This document shows positions 17,701-25,200 of a DNA stretch of 64,000 bases, piece after piece (within the stretch, counting starts at the first letter, position 1; every line of letters begins with the position of its first letter). Source of the DNA: Chitinophaga sp. (GTDB taxonomy: Bacteria > Bacteroidota > Bacteroidia > Chitinophagales > Chitinophagaceae); NCBI RefSeq assembly GCF_019236475.1, contig NZ_JAFAIX010000012.1:1120619-1184618 (forward strand). The letters run 5' to 3'. The notes below the pieces were generated by a model that was not told the origin of the DNA, did not search any database, and was given only the letters and a program-made list of their open reading frames with translations. Made by a program: the position numbers and the translations under genes.

Positions 17701-18405
17701 TATAAGTATAGACGGGACTGTTATGAAAACCATGCATGTTTCCAGGATCCCTTTAACATGGAGACAGCCTTACCCAACCTATTCTATAATCTGGAAACTG
17801 CGGATGCACATTCAGGTAATTACTCACTAAAACTAACGGAGCCGATTACACTAAAGATGATCGCACATAACCTGGAACACAAGCCTGGATATGGACAATA
17901 TACGGACGTAGATGCTAATGGGGAGTACATACAAAAGCAGGACAAAAGAATTTATCCTGTAGGGTTCCAGCCAGTACCGGGAAAGAGATACATATTTAGT
18001 GCCTGGGTAAAAGATAAGAGTGCTGGTAATATCAAACCATCTCTTTCAATAAAGGTAGATGATAAGGCATTGGATTATCAACTAAAAGCAACGGTAGAAA
18101 AATGGAAGCAGATTGAAGGCGAGTTTGTGGTATCTGGGACTGGTACGTTCCAGTTATTTATTCCATCTGCCGCAGGAACGTTGATAGACGACATCCGCAT
18201 ATATCCGTATAACGGTAGCATGCAAACACATGCCTATGATGAAAAAACCTTGCGTCTGATGGCCACCATGGATGAAAACAACTTTGCTACATTCTATGAG
18301 TATGACGATGAGGGAACCCTCATCCGGGTGAAGAAAGAAACAGATCGTGGTATCATGACCCTGAAGGAAACAAGATCGGGTTTATGGAAAAATCCATTTC
18401 AATAA
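11734..18405 (+). CDS. Giant secreted protein with TcB/SpvB-like N-terminus, PA14-like module and terminal YD repeat (RHS operon gene 4)
   Basis: 2223 aa. ATGA overlap with the upstream gene. Signal peptide ...LLLPLQSLALTSG. See the sub-features. The C-terminus ...NNFATFYEYDDEGTLIRVKKETDRG is a YD-repeat consensus. Confidence 0.85.
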   Translation: MILRNKRVKKPLAIFFLSLWASELLLPLQSLALTSGPKQPETMQFQPAGTTDMVNLFSGAFKYNIPLLDIDGYPVNLNYASGAGMDDEASWVGLGWNLSVGAINRQLRGVPDDMSGDNILTEHSTEDNLTYGVTGTVRGELFGSNLAKLSGSINVGIFSNNYTGMGAEVGANAGLKLGLVTSGYLTAGLNAGINSNTSSGVSVDAGMSLSSQLTRYDKGNVSVGLSANLGYNTREGLKALTLGANFSAITWPFSVGHVYMFNTPPFNPKINIPYKNTSRSYSLDLGFSGFGAFTGAGLTGYMTRQSVASKSRNTPSYGALYADKGSNNVNAVMDFMREKDNPAIPNLPNLPVSTLTPDVFTYDHQAGSGQFRLRRGGAAVIFDNGTKDLSDNFTAGGDFGVGGYFHGGVTLYNQSIVNKSGKWSSENSYLRIGDYKNDITNPAEEQAYFKPDGDLIAEDGQYDNMIYGEDIVDVPLSGKSTLKQLKNIKNDAVTTVPLKKNGRQPRTTVISYLTNAQASKLKGKRIFSYPLLNDNFNAPSCSAVGGQEVPRLGGYRKANHISMFTITETDGKRAEYGIPVYNIAHDEFTVAADPSLRTAEGDKNGLTGLRLDPNNSENLAPYSASKDKFYHHEQQPAYASSYLLTALYSPDYVDVTNDGISDDDPGTAIKFNYSRATANYRWRTPMAVGMGSLNKGLNADPEDDRVSVVTGAKELWYIHSIETKTKIAYFLTDDREDALGVKNLNGELDLNNRQRRLKKIVLYSKSDLTKPIKTVVLNYDPNYALCGGVPNNANGHGKLTLAEVYFQYGTSDKGKYNRYTFDYENAAFSYMSTDRWGGYKPQNFNALGGFGEMKNDEFPYVIQHESTATGYPAQWNLIFISLPSGGRVSVNYESGDYAYVQDRKAMQMVKPTGLITDINATTTTNSLQIARGFVLPAPGPLRGSSDEEKVRNFVNDYLGGRNDFYARLKVNMTDTPDATDDSNYDIVPAYGEVEAVKDNGNGTFNVIFKNVTEGGVSTNPFQMAAWQKMRLDYPMYAYPGYKNRIRNDMPIEAALNALVNAIGNLSEIRQNFNKRAARKMFASKVNLERSFVRLVKADGRKYGGPSRVRSIELTDLWSVMGGTPASDAYYGQTYEYTLHENGKEISSGVASYEPYIGGDENPMRMPVPYSQISRGTLNNNFYLEEPFGESLFPAPSVGYRSVRVRDMVNGGVDPNKLTGWVQHEFYTAKDFPVIVKSQPRPEVFQNGPYGTTSFTGGREIYQLSMSQGYVVMTNDMHGKPKAERVFNRSGAEISSTAYFYKSDPLDAGRMKLNNAVTTVDENGVLHQNEVIGRQIELVTDMREAENTNTGTSIQIGVDVIPIWGFSVPIPHWPKRNNDSYKLFRSASTLKLIEQTGILDHVVKTVNGSSAVTNNLVFDRNTGGPVVTSTTNEFNDPVYSVTMPAYWKYTGMSGAYKNIGSEFPPIATNSTGYIVSGYINLFTQGDELMDLATGQRLWVIKTAANGTGTKYLRLINDAGTVVPNYAGMVKVIRSGYRNLLGAPAESVVCLKNPLGGNRINVLSEGDMSAYKVLSASAVLYEEEWSARRDCNCPTGYVSAPDGNTCYKLADKNPNPLLNLIRGLQHPLYGTDGVVIDSSGMTTKSNFWGGSCGIVTFMSANTMRMAGDTPLMAKKAANAGVYSQNTTTDTYCGRLNTCGIWFNEAPDYPYTNRWIVLETCLKVDQSGNYTLGYGVDNAAKIYIDGNQVVNADANDCCTYLKWHLNRVYLTAGTHRLRIEGMNTGYNAVLGVEVYRGTPEPLITTGIEGGGVDIVFSTKDLLGSGTFYTAELLNADRTSFMRLYNCNTIDVCRGIPTCDSVTGNPPINPFIKNILGNWRPSEEKTYLVNRNDNGVVDNRQDGAMVRSGGTFTSFKPYWYFSASLGGWVNDTNSNKWITSRYITSFNQNGEEEENKDALLRYSAALFGYQHLLSVAVGANAMKRELYFDGFEDYKYRRDCYENHACFQDPFNMETALPNLFYNLETADAHSGNYSLKLTEPITLKMIAHNLEHKPGYGQYTDVDANGEYIQKQDKRIYPVGFQPVPGKRYIFSAWVKDKSAGNIKPSLSIKVDDKALDYQLKATVEKWKQIEGEFVVSGTGTFQLFIPSAAGTLIDDIRIYPYNGSMQTHAYDEKTLRLMATMDENNFATFYEYDDEGTLIRVKKETDRGIMTLKETRSGLWKNPFQ
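11836..12080 (+). other. SpvB/TcB N-terminal-like motif region
   Basis: ...FSGAFKYNIPLLDIDGYPVNLNYASGAGMDDEASWVGLGWNLSVGAINRQLRGVPDD. This has the same motif order as the remembered TcB/SpvB N-terminal consensus (LxYxSGAG..FGLGW....I.R.T..GVP.Y). No HMM run. Confidence 0.5.
16798..17118 (+). other. PA14-like module, preceded by an EGF-like Cys motif at 16498-16548
   Basis: ...VDQSGNYTLGYGVDNAAKIYIDGNQVVNAD...LTAGTHRLRIEGMNTGYNAVLGVEVY resembles the PA14 pattern (G-Y-F..DD...L-IDG--V). CNCPTGYVSAPDGNTCY lies upstream. Confidence 0.5.
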
Positions 18406-18460
18406 TTAAATCAGCCTATTACCATATAGGGGACGTAAAAATATCTTACTGAAAATTGTA

Positions 18461-19213
18461 TTGCCACTTATGTTAGTGGCAGTAGTTGGGATCGCGTTTG
18501 CATGGAGTAAAAAGGGGGGGGATTTTAAATCTGCCCCAGTGGTAACTTCAACAGTGGAGCCCTTTAAATATTCCGTGGAGGAAAAGGATGTACTTCGACG
18601 GGTAGCGGACGTATTCCAGAAAGCTATGATGAATGAGCGTGTGATCATTTCCGGAAGCATCGATTACACAGATCCTGCTGATACAGCAGGATCTGTTCAC
18701 CAGGAATTTAAGTACTGCAGGAAGGACAATATGTGCTATTACAAAACAGATAGCAACGAGGTAATTGCATTGGAAGATGTTTATGTAGTCATCAATCATA
18801 CTTCCCGGCAGATATACCTTGCTCCACCCCGGAAGGTGGAAGCTCCATTAACAGTTCCTAATGATTCGCTGATCAATACATGGCAACAAGATGGGTATAA
18901 ACTGACAATGGCAGGCGCTGGAGAAGACTCCCTTGTTCAGCTCAAATGTGATAACCATATCAGTTGTAAGTTGTATGGCTATAAGTTAAATTTTACCACA
19001 GGTAAAATATCCGAAATCAACCTGCGCATGACGGATCTGGATGATCCGCTGAATCCTGCTGCGGACAAAGTTTATCACTGCCCTATTTCCAGATGGGAAG
19101 TTGGAAAGGCCGATGACGACTTATTTGTAAAGCATCGTTATCTCATCAAGAAAGACAATGGTTATGTTCCGGCAAAGCAATATGCCGACTATGAGCTGAT
19201 CAATAAATTGTAA
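18461..19213 (+). CDS. Hypothetical membrane-anchored or secreted protein (RHS operon gene 5)
   Basis: 250 aa. Start uncertain: TTG at 18461 or ATG at 18470, and the frame is open from 18410 with a hydrophobic ILLKIVLPLMLVAVVGIAFAW. No family recognised. Confidence 0.6.
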   Translation: MPLMLVAVVGIAFAWSKKGGDFKSAPVVTSTVEPFKYSVEEKDVLRRVADVFQKAMMNERVIISGSIDYTDPADTAGSVHQEFKYCRKDNMCYYKTDSNEVIALEDVYVVINHTSRQIYLAPPRKVEAPLTVPNDSLINTWQQDGYKLTMAGAGEDSLVQLKCDNHISCKLYGYKLNFTTGKISEINLRMTDLDDPLNPAADKVYHCPISRWEVGKADDDLFVKHRYLIKKDNGYVPAKQYADYELINKL

Positions 19214-19227
19214 GTAACTCCAATCTA

Positions 19228-22200
19228 TTGCCTGTGAAGATATTATCGCTATACCTTAGAAACCTTTTACTGACTGTAGTGTGCCTGTTATTTGCTATTA
19301 CAGCAATGGCGGGAATAGAACCTTATCAGCAAAAGTTGCAGGGTACTCTGAAGAAGGGAGATACCCTGATTGTAAAAGACGAAAAATTTCAGAATAGTTC
19401 CTATAACTGGGCTCAGATACGTAATAACAAAGTAGTGAATGTGATCACATTGGGCTTACGATCAGATACTGTTTTTAAGAAAATTCCGACTTTCAAATGT
19501 GAAGCAGATCTCAAAATCGAATACTGGAGTAGTCCAGATCAGGATCTGCCGATTACCTTGCAACATGTGTCGCTTAAAATTGGTTATGATTCAGTTGCTG
19601 GGAGTATTTACCAGCAAATGGACCAATATCGGTTTGCCAATGCGTATAAAATCAAGGTAACCATTAATGATATCAGTAGTAAGGAGCTGGGAAAATTGCC
19701 TCCGTTATTTTATTTAAATGCAGAGGTGATTGTTAACAGGGATTACCTCCCTGATCCAAAGGCTGATCTGGTACCTATTGTTACGGGGGCTTCTGGAGGT
19801 GCCACCAGTCCCAAAATGCGTACCACGCAGTTAAACGCAACGACTGCCGGCGCGGCACCTGCGTATACCGTTAATGTAGTCTGGGAGGGGGCTCCCTCTA
19901 ACGAACTGTATGACCTGGAGTGGACATTTGTGGATGAAACGTCTGCAAATGGGAAAAGTCTGGCTGCTGCGGGAGCAAATCCAAGTGATGCTTTGCTAGC
20001 TGGTATGTTCAGGAATAATAGTACTCGTATTTCCATTGAAGGTAATACCTATTCAATTCCACTGGTGCAACAGCATCAGTATTTACTTACGCGTATTCGT
20101 AGAGTAGATGAGACAAAAGGTTATCGGGATGAGGGAGATTGGGTGTATAAGTTGATGGTAAATGGTCAGAAAGTACCAGCGGTGTTGACTTTGGCCAATG
20201 GTATTGACTGGTATGAATCTGGCCGTAACTGGCAGTACAGTGCTGTGTATGCAGAAGATGGGAAGCGAAAAGAAGTAGTTTCCTTCTTTGATGGTACATT
20301 ACGTAACAGACAGTCTGTTACTTTATCCTCTACAGCCAATAAGGCAATTGTGCAGGAAACCATCTATGATGCTTACGGTCGGGCAGTAGCCAATATTCTG
20401 CCTGCACCTGTTAACAATGAAACATTGCGGTTTTATGAAGGTGTTAACCTCGGTCCTGATGGACAGCCATATACTTGGCAGAATGTATTGAAAAATGAAA
20501 CGGGTAGTTGTACTATAAAACCAGATCCATTAAATACCAGCAATGGGGCATCCAGGTATTATTCCGCTAACAATGATATTACCACGGATCCATTTAGAAA
20601 AAATATCCCTGATGCAGAAGGTTATCCAATTGCTGTAACTACCTACACTCCTGATAACACGGGAAGGCCAAGTGTGCAGGGGGGCGTTGGGTTCCAGTTA
20701 CAGCCTGATAATTCAAATCCGCTCACGAACCGTAGTACGCGACTGTATTACGGGAAGCCTGAACAATGGGAGTTGGACCGCATTTTTGGGAATGACATAG
20801 GGTATGCAGATCATTATCTGAAGAACATGACCATTGATCCGAATGGGCAAGTGTCTGTTTCCTATCAGAACAGTAATGGAAAGGTAATCGCTACAGCATT
20901 GACTGGTAGTAATCCGGATACTTCCCTCCTGCCCTTGTCGGACCGTCCGGAGCCTAGGAGAATAAAATACAGGATGTTTACTCCAGACAGGTTTAAATTT
21001 GATGCACAGTTATTAAAGTTAACGGCTACCTCTACTTATCTGGCAGCTGTTCCCTATGTGAAAGATACACTGGAACTGAATATTCCGGACCTGATCAAAA
21101 AGTACCAGGAGAATAATGTTACCATTTGCAGTAATTGTTTTTATGAGTTGAGTGTACAGGTGAGTGATGATTGTGGTCAAATACTGGTAGATATTAAAAA
21201 CGATGAGATAGGTAGCAAATTACCTGATTGTGGTAAAAATGGTAATACCCAGCGTATAATTAATATACCTGTAAATAAGATAGGTGAGTACTATGTTACA
21301 GTTACACTTGCACTCAATCCTTATGCTATCGAGGCATTTACAGACGATTTTATTAAAAACAATACCAATCTGAAGACACAGTTCTATTTTGTGCTGGAGC
21401 TGTTGAAACGTGAGAATTTTACTAAATGCTTTTCTGATTGTTCTTCCTGTAAAGCGGCGCTGGGTGAAAGGTCTGATTTCATGCAGGCATTTAAACAGCG
21501 TATGCAGCAGAATGGTATTGACGTTGTTGCCAATCAAGCGACGATTGATGTGTGGGTATCTGCATGGTATGATGTATTATACAGCAATTGTCAAGCGTCA
21601 CGGGAAACATGTACACCATCTCCTTGTGATCGGCTGAAGGGATTGTTGATGGAAGATGTTAGTCCGGGTGGGCAGTTCGCACTATTTGATGCGAATGGTA
21701 ACCCGCTGGAACCTACGATTAACGTTATCAGTAATAACTGGAGGGCTGTATTCCCCGCTATGACCAGTGGACCTGACTATGAGAATAACAAGTTCGAGGT
21801 GAATGATGGTGTCATTCTGACCCCTAATAGCCCTGATTTTACATTGCAGATGCTGGTTCAATATTGGCAGCCACAATGGGCAGAGAAATTTATCAATTTC
21901 CATCCTGAAAGATGTGCCTATGATTTCTGTTTGGGGAATAGTCAATATAAAAAATGGGATCAACGTTTGACAGAGGTCTATACTTCAATCGCGGAATTAC
22001 CGGCAGTGCTGAACGGAGTACAATATAGCAGAACTGATCCTGCATGGTTGCTGGCAGCAGATCCGTACTTCAAACCTGGTGCTCCTGGAGCAGCGTATAT
22101 GGGTTCATTCCAGAATGATCTGATTAGGTATTCAGAAAGGGTATTGAAAATTTCGGCTCCATTAAAGAGCATATCCGATTTTGTGGACTTTAGTCTCTAC

Positions 22201-25200
22201 TGCGTTGATATAACTGGTTCTATCAATCGTTATCAACCTGCCAATACCTCCACCGCCTGGACACAATGTGATCCTGAGCCATCCTGTCGGATTCCAGATC
22301 TGGAATGGCAGTATTATTTAAAGTTTTATCTGGAACTGAAAGACAAGTATTATCAACAATACATGGATAGTGCTTTTTGTAAGGGTAAATGTAGGGTAGG
22401 CACGTCTTCTGCCCCTGTACCGGGAACAGAATTACCTGGGGCAGATTGTAGTGGAATCTTGCCAAGCGACTTTAGAGCTTATTATGAGGTAATCAACTAT
22501 GAGGGTTATGTAACTTACGAGTATACAGGGAATCCTATCAAAGAAGGGGTTACTGTAAAGGTTTCGGTTTTTGACAACGGGGATTATCGCGATGAATTTG
22601 GTACTGATGTAATGGGAGCTGAATTTACTCATTATACTCCAACTAAGCTGGTGTTCAATGCGGGTAGGGGTAAACATGGGCGTATTCCCAAAGTATTTCT
22701 GGAAACGGTATTACAAAGTTGTACTTCAGATCCGGTCTATGTTGACACCTGCGATCCACTCTATCGCAATAAGCAATCCAGAATAGGGAATGCAGCACTT
22801 CCGTTTGCAGTTAGTACAGATACCATGACGCTTAAACAGCAGGTCAAAGACTCATTAAATAAGCAGTTGAATTCTGCTTGTTCTGTTAATGTAGATTCTT
22901 TCATTGCGAAGCTATCACATTCCAGTACGTATAGTGGTCTGAGTACAACAATGAGAAGTAGCTTACGTGCAGGTCTTCTGGAGATATGTACGAAAGGCGG
23001 TGATCTTGAACATATTTTTGGTAGTAATACTGTAAAGCCAGGGGAATCAACAGCAAATGGAGATGTGTCTATGGAGCAGGTAATGAAGCGAGTAATAGGT
23101 TATAGTGTATTTACATTAGATTTTAATCCGTGGTTGACAGATGCATTTTATGCTTATGATAAGCCGGGGCAAAGTGTTGCTAAAGTAACTTCCAAGACTA
23201 CGGCTGCTATCTGTACAAAGTTGGATGCGCTCAGGGCTGAACAGCAGGTCAATCAGCCTGGAATGTCCCTTTACAATTACCTGGTTTCGCAGTATGGTAG
23301 TGCGATGAATTTGAAGGAGGCCGATTTTAATGCATTGGTGAAATCATGTAGTAATTGTCGTTACCTGATAGATAGAGAGATCAAATTACCGGTATTCCTA
23401 GATGGAACGGCTAAGGGTTGTATTACCGGCATTGAGTTTAATGCGGCTATGAGTGACCTATCTGCGGCTATTTCAGATTTTCAGAATACATCCAATCCGA
23501 ATTACAACGATGTAGTAAGAAATTACCTGAACCAACGTTGGGGTTTCACACTTGGTGAAACAGAATATGCCCTTTATAAGGATCAGTTACAAACATCACC
23601 CAATGCGATACTCTGTAATATTCCTGTTTATGATCAGATAGACCAGAATCCTTTGCAGTGTATGTTTAACCTGATTGATGGTGCTGTTGAAGGTGGTAAG
23701 CGCCAATACGACCAGTATATCGATTCCGTACGTAAGGATTTCAAAAACAGATATATAGCAGTTTGTAGTGGTGTGAAGGCTACCGGGGATTATTCCACCT
23801 CTGTGCAGAATTACCACTATACGTTGTATTACTATGATCAGGCTGGTTCTTTGGTGCGTACCATTCCGCCGGCTGGCGTAAAACTGATTGATAGTCCTGA
23901 GCAGTTGGAGTATATACGTAAGGCAAGGGATGCAGGTAACAGTTGTAATTACAATGGTCCGATGCAGAATACACCAGTGAGTGATGCATTATTGGCTATA
24001 GGGGATGCTGTGGTGAATAATAATCAGGCACTGGAAATGTGGGTAGCAGGATCCAAAGATCCCGTACACCTGGTGACGCCTGTTGGTAATAACAAGGCTT
24101 ACTTTACAATGGCTGTTCATAATGGTCATATGGAGATAGCCATTTATCGACTCACCTCTCCTTCTCCCGAAATAGAGATCGTAAACAGTAATATCATTTC
24201 TGTGGCGGTGGGGACTGACTTTGCATTGCGTCCATTTAACCATATTGTTATCCAGGGTACGAATTTATCTGATGCTACTTCTCCGATGTCTGTCTATATG
24301 AACGGGGTATTATTGCAGGAAGAGCAGAATGTACCGGGTTCTCCATTGGAATGGGAGATTGATGGTAGTGGCACCTTTACCACTGATATTGCCATGTTGC
24401 GCCAGATGAGGGTGTATAACAGACTGCTGGCCAGCAATGAAATTATGGCGAATGCAGACGAGATGTGTATGGGCTTGTCGCCGGATTATGAAAGTGGATT
24501 GCGTAATAACCTGGTAAACTGGAGTAGAATAAATACCACTGATGCAGATGGCTTGCCAACGCAAAACCCGGATGGAACTGTAGTTGGTTATACTGGTGGT
24601 ATCTATCCAAAACATAATCTGAAAACCAGCTATGCTTATAACTCTTTGGGAGGGGTGGTACGCCAGCGTACACCGGATGCTAAAGAAAGCAAATTCTGGT
24701 ATGATTACACTGGTAAACTGGTGTTTTCCGCAAATGCCGAGCAACAGCGAGAAGCTGGTCGATACAGCTATACGAAATATGATGACCTGGTTAGAATTGT
24801 GGAGGTTGGTGAGAAAAGAAATGCCGCTGTACTGACGATGCCTGATTTTCTGCCTGAGTCGACTGTTCAACAACAATATGGATCTGGTACAGATGGTCAG
24901 ATGACCACCACCATTTATGACGTACCTGTTTTGAATACCTCGTTATATCCACAAGATAACCTGCGTAAACGCGTAGCAGCAAGCATTTATAGAGATGCCG
25001 CCGGTGCAAATCCGATAGCAACCTACTATAGTTATGATCCGTTGGGGAATGTGAAGTCTTTATGGCAACAGTTGGATGGGTTACACGAGATGAAGCGTCT
25101 GGAATATAAGTATGACCTGGTGAGTGGGAAAGTAAATGAGGTAAGATACCAGTTTGGCAAGCCGGATCAGTTCTTCTATAATTATAGTTATGATGCAGAT

